Shown here one piece after another: positions 40,569 to 51,469 of a stretch of 64,000 nucleotides of DNA. The stretch comes from a virus (lineage: Duplodnaviria; Heunggongvirae; Uroviricota; Caudoviricetes), in IMG/VR virus record IMGVR_UViG_2939521961_000009. One strand, written 5' to 3'. The notes beneath the pieces are model-generated. The model was not told the origin of the DNA. It ran no database searches and was given only the letters and a program-made list of their open reading frames with translations. Position numbers and translations under genes: made by a program. Within the stretch, counting starts at the first letter, position 1; the number at the start of each line of letters is the position of its first letter.

Positions 40569-40934
40569 TCACTGAACACGGGTACTGGTGGCGCTGGCGA
40601 ACTTCACGGAGATCTCCCCGCCACCGTCAAGCGAGGCCGGTTCACTGCTCCAGGCCTTCGTCATCATGTGGACTTCGCCGGTATCCGCCACAAACTCGAT
40701 AGTGACCGCAGTCCAGTTGTTGATTTCATCAGCGGCTGGTGAGCCTTCTCCGCCTGCCGGAAATTTGCAGTCCAGCGTCGCTTCACGTGGTTTCTGGCGG
40801 TAACCATAGACTTTCGCGCCTTTCACCACTTCACGTTCAAAACCTGACGGAGAAAATGTAGCCCCCTCAAGCGTCTCGTATTCCTGACCGTTCACACGGA
40901 TAGTGGCCGTGCCCTGATACTGTTTTCCGCTCAT
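40569..40934 (-). CDS. Tail tube protein (Mu M-like)
   Basis: Mu order after sheath, 121 aa. Confidence 0.75.
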   Translation of the reverse strand: MSGKQYQGTATIRVNGQEYETLEGATFSPSGFEREVVKGAKVYGYRQKPREATLDCKFPAGGEGSPAADEINNWTAVTIEFVADTGEVHMMTKAWSSEPASLDGGGEISVKFASATSTRVQ

Positions 40935-40942
40935 GCCTTACC

Positions 40943-42445
40943 TCACAAAATGAAACGGATCTGTGCTGCCAGGAAGCGGAACTGGTTAACCAGATCCGGC
41001 GTGCATAACACGTCAAGACGGTTTCGATCTGACGCATTACGCTCCACAAGCAGATTCTTTTTAAAGGTGTCCAGATTTTCGACCAGCCCGAGTTCCACCC
41101 ACTCTTCACCCAGCGAAATTAACTGAAGCTTCATGATCTCCGGCGTCACGATATTCTGACCGGCACGAACGGGCGTCCCGTCATCAGCCAGTTTATGGCG
41201 CGGAAAACGTTGTGTGATAAAAGTACGCAGGGAATAACGCAGCCAGGAGAGGGTGTAGATGGTTTCCACATCCAGATAGCTGGGATCACTTTCGCCGTAC
41301 ACGTTCTGGCGATACATGGTCACCTGACGTTCGATCTGAACCACATCACCGGCAGCCACACTGACCGTGGCAATCCCTCCCCACAGCAGACTGTTACGCT
41401 CTTCACGCGTCAGACGATCGGCCGGAGCCGGGGCCATGCGTGACGGAAGCGCCAGCGTCTGAAGCGGACGCGCAGGATCTGCTCCCAGAGAGGGTGCACA
41501 GGTGGCACAGACCGCCGCTGCCCAGAGGTAATCCGGTTCAGGGGCTTTGGGAATGGATGTGCAGGTCGCCAGAAAATCATTGCGTTTTGCCCCGAATGCC
41601 TGCACCTCACCAAACGTGCCGGTATGTGCCAGCCACAGCACGCCGTCAGACATTTTGGCCGGTCCCCAGCGTTTCAGAAGCTCATCACTGATGATTTTCA
41701 GGTTTGCATCATCCTTATAGGGCATGACGACATAGTTGTACTGGCGATCGCCCATCCCCGCCACGCTTCGGGTGATATCCGGGTTAGCCGCTTTTTGTTT
41801 CGGATAGGCTATAGCGACCTGTATTCCTTCCGGGGTTGCTTCCCCGTCGTGATAGTTCAGGCGCACATCATGAACGGAGCATTCACCGGTAAAGCGGGCG
41901 GTGATCCCCAGAGACCCTTTCAGACCTGCGCCATTATCACCACTTCCTGCACCAGAGGAGGCCGTGAAGGGCGCGTCAGGATCGGCATTGATCAGCGCGG
42001 CCAGCTCGTCGGTCAGTTCTTTGCCTTTCTTACCTTTTGGTGCCGGGAGTGTATAACGCCGCCCCCCCACGCAGGCATAAACAATCCCGTCACGGGTGAC
42101 CGTTCCGGTCAGATTCATGGCCGCAGCCGTTGCCTGTCCGGTGCCGTTCCCCTGAGCAATGGCATACAGTTCAGCATCAGGATTGATGGCGATAAATTCC
42201 GCCACCATCAGGGCAATCATGGAACCGCGCCCCCAGAGTTCTGTTGCCTGAGACGCACGGGTGATCCTGACCGGAACATCCAGAACACCGGCACCGTCCA
42301 CGGCATTCTCTTTCATTCTCGCCTGACCAAACAGCAGCACACACTGACGCTGTGCCGGAGTGCCGGTGACAGCCATGGAGTTATTAAACTCAACCTCAAT
42401 CAGCGGTATACGGCGGTCATTACCGATCCCGTCAAAATTAATCAT
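40943..42445 (-). CDS. Contractile tail sheath protein (Mu L-like), 500 aa
   Basis: Size and Mu order. Confidence 0.85.
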   Translation of the reverse strand: MINFDGIGNDRRIPLIEVEFNNSMAVTGTPAQRQCVLLFGQARMKENAVDGAGVLDVPVRITRASQATELWGRGSMIALMVAEFIAINPDAELYAIAQGNGTGQATAAAMNLTGTVTRDGIVYACVGGRRYTLPAPKGKKGKELTDELAALINADPDAPFTASSGAGSGDNGAGLKGSLGITARFTGECSVHDVRLNYHDGEATPEGIQVAIAYPKQKAANPDITRSVAGMGDRQYNYVVMPYKDDANLKIISDELLKRWGPAKMSDGVLWLAHTGTFGEVQAFGAKRNDFLATCTSIPKAPEPDYLWAAAVCATCAPSLGADPARPLQTLALPSRMAPAPADRLTREERNSLLWGGIATVSVAAGDVVQIERQVTMYRQNVYGESDPSYLDVETIYTLSWLRYSLRTFITQRFPRHKLADDGTPVRAGQNIVTPEIMKLQLISLGEEWVELGLVENLDTFKKNLLVERNASDRNRLDVLCTPDLVNQFRFLAAQIRFIL

Positions 42446-42687
42446 TGCGGTTTCTCCTTATCGGATGCCGGTTGGGCGACCGGTTTTTCTGTCGCAGTCG
42501 TTGCATCCGCAGATACAGCCGGAGCCTCTTCAGCGGCTTTTTCAGCCTGAATGACATCGCCGTCATCAAGACGCCGACACCAGAACGGCGTAAAGGGCTT
42601 TTCCTCCCCCTCCTGTGCCAGCGGGCGCATTGTGTCGGGATCACGAATCAGGCGTCCCGGCGCGGGTTTGATAAAGATGGTTTTCAT
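42442..42687 (-). CDS. Mu gp38-like small protein
   Basis: Position only. Confidence 0.5.
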   Translation of the reverse strand: MKTIFIKPAPGRLIRDPDTMRPLAQEGEEKPFTPFWCRRLDDGDVIQAEKAAEEAPAVSADATTATEKPVAQPASDKEKPQ

Positions 42688-43248
42688 TTACAGTTCCTCC
42701 GGCGGTTCGACCGCCGTTGTCGTGTTCCCCGGCAAATCAATATGTGCCTCAAACGGCGGCGTACCGGGCGGCTCCACAAAGGTTTCGTAATGACGCAGGA
42801 AGTCGTCCAGCGAGCTGGTATCGGTCAGCGGTGCGATCATTTCCTCGCAGGAGAAATAAAGCGCATACATCACCGCACCACTGTCCGCCTGGGTTTCGGT
42901 GTAACCGTTGACCGCCTTTTCAAAGTAAAGCGGTGAGGTTTTTTCTGTTCTGAAGCCGTTAAGCACGGCAATCAGCCGGGCCACAATCTGATACAGTCCG
43001 GGACGGCTGGCCTCACGCCCGTTGAGCATGTCGCCGATGACGTAGAACACCCAGTGACTGACCAGGCGACCACGGGTACGGCCTTCACCGGCACCCAGCC
43101 AGGCAACGTAGATCGCCGGGGCGTTAATCAGCATGGTGCGCAGTACGCTGTCGCTCCAGTCGCCGGGATGCGTGTCAACAGACACCAGTTCATTCCCGAA
43201 ATACTCACGGATACGGGCGATGTATGCCTGTTCGGTTTCCGTAATCAT
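42688..43248 (-). CDS. Mu gp37-like protein
   Basis: Position and size. Confidence 0.6.
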   Translation of the reverse strand: MITETEQAYIARIREYFGNELVSVDTHPGDWSDSVLRTMLINAPAIYVAWLGAGEGRTRGRLVSHWVFYVIGDMLNGREASRPGLYQIVARLIAVLNGFRTEKTSPLYFEKAVNGYTETQADSGAVMYALYFSCEEMIAPLTDTSSLDDFLRHYETFVEPPGTPPFEAHIDLPGNTTTAVEPPEEL

Positions 43249-43664
43249 ATGAAGCCCTTCTGGTTGCGCCCGAATACCGCTGCATCAGACTGAACCTGTG
43301 GTAAATCCCCGGATTCAGGGGCCGCACCGTTCGTATCCACACCGACCGGCACATTGCCGTTCATGACATCTTTCAGCCAGGCCAGCGCTTCACGGTAACG
43401 GTCACGCGCCTGATCGGAGGCTCGCTGATCGCACAGGTAATAAAAGGCAATCGCGCAACAGTGCTGAACAAGAACGGCCGGAATAACCTCCAGCGGCAAC
43501 GTGTAACGGGCGGACAGATAGCTGTCGATAAGGGCTGACGCATCTGTCAGCGCCCGGTTCAGCTTGCGCGTGTCCGGCTCATCCGAACGGGGCACAGCCA
43601 GTAACGGCCTGAGCAAATCCTCGCGGTAACGCGCCCGCATATCGGTTTCAGTGGCGTAATTCAT
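43245..43664 (-). CDS. Mu gp36-like protein
   Basis: Position and size. Confidence 0.6.
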   Translation of the reverse strand: MNYATETDMRARYREDLLRPLLAVPRSDEPDTRKLNRALTDASALIDSYLSARYTLPLEVIPAVLVQHCCAIAFYYLCDQRASDQARDRYREALAWLKDVMNGNVPVGVDTNGAAPESGDLPQVQSDAAVFGRNQKGFI

Positions 43665-44014
43665 GCGCGGGCCTTTTTCGCCTGTTTCGCTTTGTTACCG
43701 GTCTTTTTCCGGGGAGTATCCTGTCCGGCTTCGGCTAAATCTGTACCGGCCACTGCATGAACCACACCCGCCACGCTCCCCGCATCATCAGCAGGCGTCT
43801 GTAGTATTCGCACAGTGAGGCATGGCTCCGCCTCCAGTCGGGCAAGCTGCTCCGGGGAGACCTCAACCTGCTGACGTCCACGCGTGAACAGGAACCCCGC
43901 ACGACGAAACGCCGAACGACTGCAACGCACTTCTGCCAGCACTGTGACAGAATTGTCACCACTGACCTGAAGACCTGAATCATCTGTTGCTGCCACAGTG
44001 TGATGTTCATTCAT
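43661..44014 (-). CDS. Mu gp35-like protein (basic C-terminus)
   Basis: Position only. Confidence 0.5.
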   Translation of the reverse strand: MNEHHTVAATDDSGLQVSGDNSVTVLAEVRCSRSAFRRAGFLFTRGRQQVEVSPEQLARLEAEPCLTVRILQTPADDAGSVAGVVHAVAGTDLAEAGQDTPRKKTGNKAKQAKKARA

Positions 44015-44057
44015 ATTTGCCCTCCGCAGGGGCCGGGCCGTAAGCCCGGCTCACCGT

Positions 44058-45005
44058 TTACAGATAATCCGCGACAACCAGCTCCAGCTTGCCCTTCATC
44101 TCGTTAGAGACGGTTGCGTTTCCGTCTGCGAACAGTTCACGCTCCAGCAGCTGCACCGCCTGTTTTTCCAGCGAGGTGGGGACAACAATATGGGTGGGTT
44201 TGATGCCGAGTTTGCGGCCACCGTCAGCGGTAAATTCGCGCATGGCTGACCAGCCGTGCCACAGTGCATCCAGCGTCAGCGGTGACTGCATCATGTAGGC
44301 CATCTGCCAGAAGCCGTAGCCCACATTGCGACGGGCGGATGCACCAAACACAAATTCGTTATCGGTGAATGCGCGACCTTCATCGACTTTGGTCTGGGCA
44401 ACCAGTTCAGCCTTACGGCGATCCTGATAAATCAGCGGTTTGATTGCGCGTGAACAGTCGAGCAGATACCAGGCAGGACCGCTGTAATCCGCTTGTGCAC
44501 CGACAGAGCCGGTTTTTGCCACAAACATATTGCTGACCATCTGCGCATCCCCGGAGCCATCCACTTTGGGGTAAACAGGATGTTCGGTATCAAAGAAGTT
44601 CTGGCCGTCATAGCAGGCCGCATTAATCCCGTCACGAAGAGCAGCAAAGACCAGTTCATCCGGTTGTGCCGCAGCAGCGCGCCCCATCTCCTGGAACAAC
44701 GGGGAATAAATACCGAGGTTATCGTCTTCGAAGTCATCGCGGTTAATGGCGACGGTGCCTTCAAAGGTTTTGTTCACGATGGCATAGCCATAGGCCTTCA
44801 TCTTCTCGATGACGCGGGAGCCGATCCACTCACGGAACTGCGGGAACTGCCCCAGCCAGCCGTAGGTGTTGGATTTCGACGTGGACGGTACGGTCATCGC
44901 AATTTTTTTGTACTGCGACGGGGCCATGGACATCCCGGCCTGAAAATCAGAACGGTAGCCCGTCATCAGGGCGGTGATCATCGCCGGTGTAATCGGGGTA
45001 GGCAT
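44058..45005 (-). CDS. Major head subunit (Mu T-like), 315 aa
   Basis: Size and Mu order. Confidence 0.8.
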   Translation of the reverse strand: MPTPITPAMITALMTGYRSDFQAGMSMAPSQYKKIAMTVPSTSKSNTYGWLGQFPQFREWIGSRVIEKMKAYGYAIVNKTFEGTVAINRDDFEDDNLGIYSPLFQEMGRAAAAQPDELVFAALRDGINAACYDGQNFFDTEHPVYPKVDGSGDAQMVSNMFVAKTGSVGAQADYSGPAWYLLDCSRAIKPLIYQDRRKAELVAQTKVDEGRAFTDNEFVFGASARRNVGYGFWQMAYMMQSPLTLDALWHGWSAMREFTADGGRKLGIKPTHIVVPTSLEKQAVQLLERELFADGNATVSNEMKGKLELVVADYL

Positions 45006-46129
45006 TATTGCATTTCCTCTTTCATTTTCAGGAACTCGGCTTCGGTTTTACCCAGCAGTTTGGCGGCCGCGATATCTTCAGCCGACAGCACAGCGGTGGC
45101 AGTCTTTTTATCCGGCACGGTCACGGTGTCGGTCTGAAGGCCGGTCAGGGCCGCAACCGGCTGGCGGGCGTCAAGCTGTGCAGAAAGTGCCGCAACGCCA
45201 ATCTGCCCGCCCAGTTGTTCCAGATAGCCGCGTTCGCTTTTGAAGATGCGCCCTTCGGATTCAGCCTTGTCCAGCACCTGCTCCAGCGTGGTGCTGCCGT
45301 GCTGCGCCGACAGCGCAACGTATTCGGTACGCAGGGCGTTATACGTTTCAACGGGCACGTATTTCGTCAGATCAATACTGCCGCCAGCCGGTGTGCCTTT
45401 TGCGGTTTCCAGCTCTGCCGACAGACTGGCGACCTGTGTTTTCAGGTTGTCGTGTGCATCCGCACGGGTTTTGATCCCGGTGAGGGCAGACAGCGCCGCC
45501 GTGCCCAGCTCCGGCGTAAATTCGTCACCGTCAGCCACGGTCAGACCGAGCGCCGTCAGCAACTGGCGTAATTGCTCATTCATGGAGGTATCCTTTAAAG
45601 GAGGGTTTAAGGCGTTATAAAGGTCATCCGCCGACAGTGCGGCGACAGGATTCATGCCGGTCAGACCGGGGTCACCGGTAATAGCCAGCATCCGAAGTTC
45701 GACAGGTTCGCCGGTGCTCTCGTCATAGCCAATCACCGGTGAAAACCAGGGGAATTCGTTATTACGCAGATGTTCAAGGGCCGGAGGGTTCCACTTCGGG
45801 CGCACCTCGAAACCTCGCTCTTCACTGAAGCGAAAATTCTCCGGTGAGGCCATCACAAAACCGGCAGCCGGTGCCGGATGTCCCTCAATCAGGGTCTGGT
45901 GGTTGTAGTCAATTTTCACCGGCTGATTGAGCGCCACAACACGGGAGACCATGCGCTCAACGGCTGCATGGTTGATCAGCCAGCCCTCGGCCGGTTTTTC
46001 CGGGCGACCGTCACGGGCCTTTACCCGACCGGCTGGCATGATCTGACACCAGTCACCGTCCCCGTCTGCGGACAGGCTGATGGCATTCAGAATGGCATAA
46101 GCAAGTTTGGGCGTGTTTTTCGTCTTCAT
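45005..46129 (-). CDS. Head protease/scaffold protein (Mu I-like)
   Basis: Size 374 aa and Mu order. Confidence 0.75.
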   Translation of the reverse strand: MKTKNTPKLAYAILNAISLSADGDGDWCQIMPAGRVKARDGRPEKPAEGWLINHAAVERMVSRVVALNQPVKIDYNHQTLIEGHPAPAAGFVMASPENFRFSEERGFEVRPKWNPPALEHLRNNEFPWFSPVIGYDESTGEPVELRMLAITGDPGLTGMNPVAALSADDLYNALNPPLKDTSMNEQLRQLLTALGLTVADGDEFTPELGTAALSALTGIKTRADAHDNLKTQVASLSAELETAKGTPAGGSIDLTKYVPVETYNALRTEYVALSAQHGSTTLEQVLDKAESEGRIFKSERGYLEQLGGQIGVAALSAQLDARQPVAALTGLQTDTVTVPDKKTATAVLSAEDIAAAKLLGKTEAEFLKMKEEMQ

Positions 46130-46305
46130 TCCGGCAGCATAGGCCGGGAATTTTCAGGGCGGGTTTTGCGGGATTTCAGGAAGTGCTTCCAGGGGAAAAA
46201 TACAAAGGCGCTTCACGCAGATTTTAAAGCCCGTTAAATACAGGTTAGAAAATCACGACACGCGCCTGAAGGGGGTAAGGTAATGCATTTGCATACCTTA
46301 AACAA

Positions 46306-46779
46306 TTAAGGCGTTTCTGTGGCCTTTTTAAAGCGTTTTCTGATTTCGTCCATGATCTCCTGCTCTGCCACCTGATCAAAGCCCATATACGGACGTGCAC
46401 CAATGGCCGCCGGTCCCGGCGGCATACCTGGCAGGCCACCCCACTGATGAATGGCCGCATAAGGCTCATTTGATCCAATCAGCGCCCAGGTGTCGCCATA
46501 ATCCGTGGTCAGGCGTCGGGCCAGATCGCCGTTCAGCGTCAGGATTTTGCCGGGCATGTATCCCTTACGGGTACGCCACTTGCGGTAAGGATCTGACCAG
46601 TCATGCCAGCGTTCGCCGTCCGGCTCTTTTTCCTGTTCAAACGCCATTTCTGACGATGACAGAAGGCTGGACGCCACACTGCGGGCCAGGTCTTTTCCGC
46701 CACCCACAAACTGAAGCCGGGCAAAGACCCGCTGGAGACGCGTAACGTCAACAACGACGGCGGCATCAATGGATGACAT
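46306..46779 (-). CDS. Virion morphogenesis protein (Mu G-like)
   Basis: Size 157 aa and Mu order. Confidence 0.65.
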   Translation of the reverse strand: MSSIDAAVVVDVTRLQRVFARLQFVGGGKDLARSVASSLLSSSEMAFEQEKEPDGERWHDWSDPYRKWRTRKGYMPGKILTLNGDLARRLTTDYGDTWALIGSNEPYAAIHQWGGLPGMPPGPAAIGARPYMGFDQVAEQEIMDEIRKRFKKATETP

Positions 46780-46900
46780 ATTGCCTCCGTATAAAATATG
46801 AATATAAAATAAGCAGGCGGTCAGTGTACGCTTAACTGGTAAAGTCGGTGCCTGCCTCCGGGTGGATCATGTATGCGGGTTCGACCCCCGCCACTGACCG

Positions 46901-48232
46901 TTAATCAATATCTCCTTCCAGTACCTCAAGCATTCCGCCCCGGATATCCGATTTCAGCTTATCCATATTGATAACCCGGTAAGCATTAACAATCACATCC
47001 AGTTTATCCGGCTGACGCTTCAGGCTGTACGGTGCATTAACGGCAATCTGCACACTGCCATCCTGATTTTCCACGATATACATCAGATTGTTGTGCCGTT
47101 TGTCCCACAGTACCGCTTTTGGCCTTGCCAGCATTGCCGGTAAGCGCCCGAAATCCTCCGGTGTCAGGGCGATACCGTCATTCTGATGTTTCATGCTGTC
47201 CGCATGGAGCACATTTTTACCGCTCATCGCCAGCAGGCGGGCCGGTGGCGTTCCCGTCCGGCTTTCCACCGCCTGCGCAATGCTTTCGGTCATAAAGCCC
47301 AGCGTGCGGATATCGTTACCGCCTCGCCGGGTTTTCATGATGTTTTTTGCCCAGATGCGGAACGCCAGCTGCCGCTCCGGGCTGTTGTTCATCTCCTGAA
47401 CCACCATTTCCCGTAACGCCGGGCTTTTCACCTCGATCAACTTGCGGAGCAGCGCCTGGTCTGTGCCGAACGCCGCCGAACCGGGGTTATATGACCAGCC
47501 CACATCCGGTGTCATGGTTCTGGTGCCATCTGAATATGTGGTCACCGGCATTTCTCTGACTTCTCCGGTCTGCTTATCCACGCCAGCCTCAACATTGCGG
47601 GTGGAAAGATGATCCTGACCGGATGAAACGGATAACCCCATTGCATCCAGACGGGTCTGAGACAATGGCCGGACACGGCAGCGGCAGTTCCAGCCATTGG
47701 GTGGGTAGTGTGTATTCCAGAACGGATCGTCATAGCGGAATACCAGACCGTTAAGGGCGGAATGCGCCGGGCGGGTGCGGCTGTCCATCACCGCCACATA
47801 CTGCCAGAACGGATGCGTGTCCGTGTTGTTCATCATCTGCGTGTAACGCCCGGCATTGTAAGCCACGCGGGTGTTCACGTTGTAAATCAGCGCCAGACGG
47901 CGGGGACAGCCCAGCTGCACTTCTTCTGCGTTACCGGCGCTGTCCACCACAATCTGCTTTCCCCACCATCCCAGCTTTTGCAGGCGGGGGGTCAGTGTGC
48001 GGATAAATGCTTTCTGTGAAATCCCCTCATCAATGGCCCGTTGCACTTCCGCCTGTAGTGTGGTCAGTACGTCCAGGCGTGCCACTTTTGCCGCCGTGAA
48101 CGAACGGGCATGAACATCCGCGTCTGTTTCGAACCAGTTCCAGCTGATATGCGCCCCTTTGGCGCGGAAGTATGCCACCGCCTCTTTTGAGGGAAGCGTG
48201 GCGGCATAACCTAAATCAATCCCCTGTGCCAT
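46901..48232 (-). CDS. Head morphogenesis / minor head protein (Mu F-like)
   Basis: Size 443 aa and Mu order. Confidence 0.75.
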   Translation of the reverse strand: MAQGIDLGYAATLPSKEAVAYFRAKGAHISWNWFETDADVHARSFTAAKVARLDVLTTLQAEVQRAIDEGISQKAFIRTLTPRLQKLGWWGKQIVVDSAGNAEEVQLGCPRRLALIYNVNTRVAYNAGRYTQMMNNTDTHPFWQYVAVMDSRTRPAHSALNGLVFRYDDPFWNTHYPPNGWNCRCRVRPLSQTRLDAMGLSVSSGQDHLSTRNVEAGVDKQTGEVREMPVTTYSDGTRTMTPDVGWSYNPGSAAFGTDQALLRKLIEVKSPALREMVVQEMNNSPERQLAFRIWAKNIMKTRRGGNDIRTLGFMTESIAQAVESRTGTPPARLLAMSGKNVLHADSMKHQNDGIALTPEDFGRLPAMLARPKAVLWDKRHNNLMYIVENQDGSVQIAVNAPYSLKRQPDKLDVIVNAYRVINMDKLKSDIRGGMLEVLEGDID

Positions 48233-49814
48233 CCAGCATCCCCTTCATTTCCGCAGCAAACATGGCATCACTGAGCAGCGTCATCAGGCGGGAATCATCC
48301 ATTTCACGGTAAAGGGCAGGCAGGTCTGCCAGTGCCTCCGCCAGCCCCCGCGTTCTGATGGCATCAATGACCGGCTCCAGTACCGGGTCGATGGCCTCCT
48401 GTAACCGGCGGGCAGGCACCGCATCCCCCATGTCGTCCAGTTCATCTCGGGGGCTGCTTTTCGCTTCCGGCAGTCTGGCAGCCAGCGCTGTCTGCTCTGT
48501 CTTCTCCTGTTTTTCCGGTGGCATCTCTTTGTCTGTCTGAGCAGGTTCATTGCCACTCTGACGGACACGGAAGATGGCTTCACCGGGGGCAGGCTGTGGA
48601 ATACCGGTCTGCTCCCGTACCCAGGGATCAGGAATATCCATCCCCGTACTGAGCTGCATCACCGCACTGGTGATTTTGGTGATATCCCCCGGCTCTTTTG
48701 TCTGGAAACAGATACGCGGCAGGCGACGGATATCAATGGCGTGGGCGGTGTTCAGGGCATACAGCGGATACACCAGATCGCGGTTCAGCGTGGCGGCCAG
48801 CTGACGTAAATCAGAATCCCTGATTTCCCGGCGCACCTCGTTATGCACTTCACCCAGCGAACGTGCGCCCTTGTCTCCGGCTTCCGTGGTCAGCGTGCCG
48901 CCGAGGATAGCTTTGGAGATGGAACGCTCCCCCCACGAAATCATGGTTTCAAACGGATCGGCCTGACCGTTCGCTGCCGCCTGAAACTCCAGCGACATCC
49001 CGGCCGGGATGATCCCGCCTGTACGTCGCCCGATATCCATCACCGCCCGCATCAGGGCGCTTTTCTGCTCCGGTGTTGCCCCGGAGGGGTATTTACCGAC
49101 CTTCATCGGCAGGCCGTACACCTCCAGAAATTCAGCCAGATCGCGCACGGAATAGTTTTTGAAAATGAACGGCCAGATAAGCGTTCTGACAAGCCCCGTC
49201 GCACCACCGTAGCCGGTGCGTGAACGTGACTGATGCACTATCCAGCCAAAGGGCTGAAACGCCACCCCGGCATGGCTGCCGTCACGCAGCCGCAGTTCGC
49301 TCAAATCATCCGGGTTAAGGCAGAAATGCCCGCTGTCACGCCAGCGGATGGCGCGGATGATGTGCATTTTACCGAGCATCCCGTGCTCAATCTCCATGCA
49401 GGAATAGCCTTTCAGGATGGCATCGGTGGCATCAAACAGCATGGCATCAAACCAGTCGGCGGAATGCAGATATTCGTCGAGCATTTCCGCGTCCTTTTTC
49501 TCATTCGCGCTGGCGTTCGGGGGCGGCTCAATACTCCAGGGCACGCCCTGAATGGCAAGACGTCGCTTGCCCAGCTCTGCAAAAAGGTGGGTATCCTTTT
49601 CTTCAATGTCAGCGGCCAGATCGGACTGGGCAATCAGATCGCCACGTTCAGCCCCGCGAAGGCACTGTGCCGCCCGGTTCGGGGTGATACCCGAGGCCGG
49701 ATGTTCAATATAACGGCTGGCAATCTGCGGAATATCCAGCGCGGCGCTCTGCATCTCCGGGTCAAAGGAGAAAGGTTTTCCGTCAAGATCAATTATACGT
49801 CCCACTACCAGCAC
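48216..49814 (-). CDS. Portal protein (Mu gp29-like)
   Basis: Size 532 aa, between terminase and F. Confidence 0.75.
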   Translation of the reverse strand: MLVVGRIIDLDGKPFSFDPEMQSAALDIPQIASRYIEHPASGITPNRAAQCLRGAERGDLIAQSDLAADIEEKDTHLFAELGKRRLAIQGVPWSIEPPPNASANEKKDAEMLDEYLHSADWFDAMLFDATDAILKGYSCMEIEHGMLGKMHIIRAIRWRDSGHFCLNPDDLSELRLRDGSHAGVAFQPFGWIVHQSRSRTGYGGATGLVRTLIWPFIFKNYSVRDLAEFLEVYGLPMKVGKYPSGATPEQKSALMRAVMDIGRRTGGIIPAGMSLEFQAAANGQADPFETMISWGERSISKAILGGTLTTEAGDKGARSLGEVHNEVRREIRDSDLRQLAATLNRDLVYPLYALNTAHAIDIRRLPRICFQTKEPGDITKITSAVMQLSTGMDIPDPWVREQTGIPQPAPGEAIFRVRQSGNEPAQTDKEMPPEKQEKTEQTALAARLPEAKSSPRDELDDMGDAVPARRLQEAIDPVLEPVIDAIRTRGLAEALADLPALYREMDDSRLMTLLSDAMFAAEMKGMLDGTGD

Positions 49815-51469
49815 CCCCGATCAAATTCATGATATGCCTCATCGTCATCACGATAACCGCCCTCCATGGCCCGCGACCGCTCCGGCAGCGCCTGACAGGC
49901 TGATTCATCCAGGATGAAGCCCTCCATGTATGACGCCCGGTTTGCCATACAGAGCGCCACGGCAAAATCGCCATGGCGGCGGGCGTTCACAGCCGTTGCG
50001 TTCTGGTCCTTCGTACGCCCCTTGTCAATTTGCGGGATACCGTTCACCACCTTCACATGGCGCAAATCATCAAGCGTGGTCTGATGGCGGGCGACGAGGA
50101 TATTCTGATCCTCAAACTCGGCCTTCAGTTTTGGCATCCACTCGCCGTACCACTTCGGCGATAACATCACGCAGTCGATGATGTCCGGGCCAAAGGCCAG
50201 CAGCGCGGCTTCGGCCAGATAGCCGCCGTTACCGGTGGCGTCGAACGCCGCACCGACCAGCGCCGGAACGCGGGTCAGGATGTACATCATCACCTGCTCC
50301 TGCTGGGCATACGGCAGGTTGCGCAGCTCCACGCGAAACACCTCGCGTTTTGCCAGGGATTCAGTGATTTCCAGCAGCACAAAGCAGGAGAGGTCACCGA
50401 TGCGGGCAAAGTCTTCCCCGAAGCTGAAGCGGGAACGGGGATTTAACGCCTCTAAAAGCGGTTTTAAATGTTCTTCACACCAGGTTAAAACCTCCGATTC
50501 ACGCAGCCATGCGGCACGGCTGATGAAGTCGTCCGGGGCTTCAAACGTCAGAATCGGGATGTCGCGGAGCATCGCCATTTCAATAAGCGCGTGAGGAATA
50601 TAGGCACCGCCGGATTTTTTCGGGATACAGCCGTATTCCTCGTCGGCATCCTCACGGGTCGGGGCGTTTTTGTAGAGATCATCACGCCACTTCTGCTCGC
50701 TTTCCGGTGACCATTCGCGGCCGGTGACATAACAGATACGACGGTACAGCCCGTCCGCAATGGCATCATCCAGGGTAATGCGGTGGACGCTGTAATCCTT
50801 GCGCCCCTCGCGGGCTTCCTGAATGTACTGATTAAACAGATTATCGACGCCGTTATGCGTGGAGATAATACGCACGCGCGCGCCCCACATGGTGAGCGCC
50901 ATTGCCGCCTTGAGAAGCTCATCCAGTGACTCGTGGAACGCGGCTTCATCAATCACCACATCCCCCTGAAGGCCGCGCAGGTTTGACGGACGGGAAGACA
51001 GTGCCTGAATTTTGAATCCACTGTTCGGAAAGCGGATCATGTAGGTCAGAATTTCTTCTTTTTTATCCCGATCCCAGAAGGTCTGCTCATACACATCAGC
51101 ATCTGCCAGCTGGTTAAAGGCACGGGAGAACAGTGCGCAGGCAGAAATATATTCCAGCGCCATCTCCTGCTTTGACCCCACATAAAACACATTGCGGCCA
51201 CCACGCCGCTTAGGCTTTGCGGCGGTAATGACGTTACGCCCGGCTTCCGCCCAGGTAAGCCCGGTGCGGCGGGATTTTTCCGCGATGCAGACCTCGCTTT
51301 CATCCTCAAACCAGCGGGCCTGATAATCCAGAAATACCGGCATATCACCGGGCAAATCAAGGCTGTCCGGCACATCCACGCCCAGCAGGGCTTTTTCACC
51401 GGCCAGATCAATTTTGCGGGTGGAGACGGTATTCGTCAGTAAGGGGGAGAGTTCTTCGGCGTTATTCAT
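49805..51469 (-). CDS. Terminase large subunit (Mu gp28-like)
   Basis: Size 554 aa and Mu order. Confidence 0.8.
   Translation of the reverse strand: MNNAEELSPLLTNTVSTRKIDLAGEKALLGVDVPDSLDLPGDMPVFLDYQARWFEDESEVCIAEKSRRTGLTWAEAGRNVITAAKPKRRGGRNVFYVGSKQEMALEYISACALFSRAFNQLADADVYEQTFWDRDKKEEILTYMIRFPNSGFKIQALSSRPSNLRGLQGDVVIDEAAFHESLDELLKAAMALTMWGARVRIISTHNGVDNLFNQYIQEAREGRKDYSVHRITLDDAIADGLYRRICYVTGREWSPESEQKWRDDLYKNAPTREDADEEYGCIPKKSGGAYIPHALIEMAMLRDIPILTFEAPDDFISRAAWLRESEVLTWCEEHLKPLLEALNPRSRFSFGEDFARIGDLSCFVLLEITESLAKREVFRVELRNLPYAQQEQVMMYILTRVPALVGAAFDATGNGGYLAEAALLAFGPDIIDCVMLSPKWYGEWMPKLKAEFEDQNILVARHQTTLDDLRHVKVVNGIPQIDKGRTKDQNATAVNARRHGDFAVALCMANRASYMEGFILDESACQALPERSRAMEGGYRDDDEAYHEFDRGCW

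Noticed and set aside
46130-46305. Gap between the Mu-like G and I genes, which in Pseudomonas Mu-like phages hosts anti-CRISPR genes
   Set aside because: The 176-bp gap has no ORF with a start codon and RBS; only an antisense or out-of-frame ORF (46245-46478) overlapping G.
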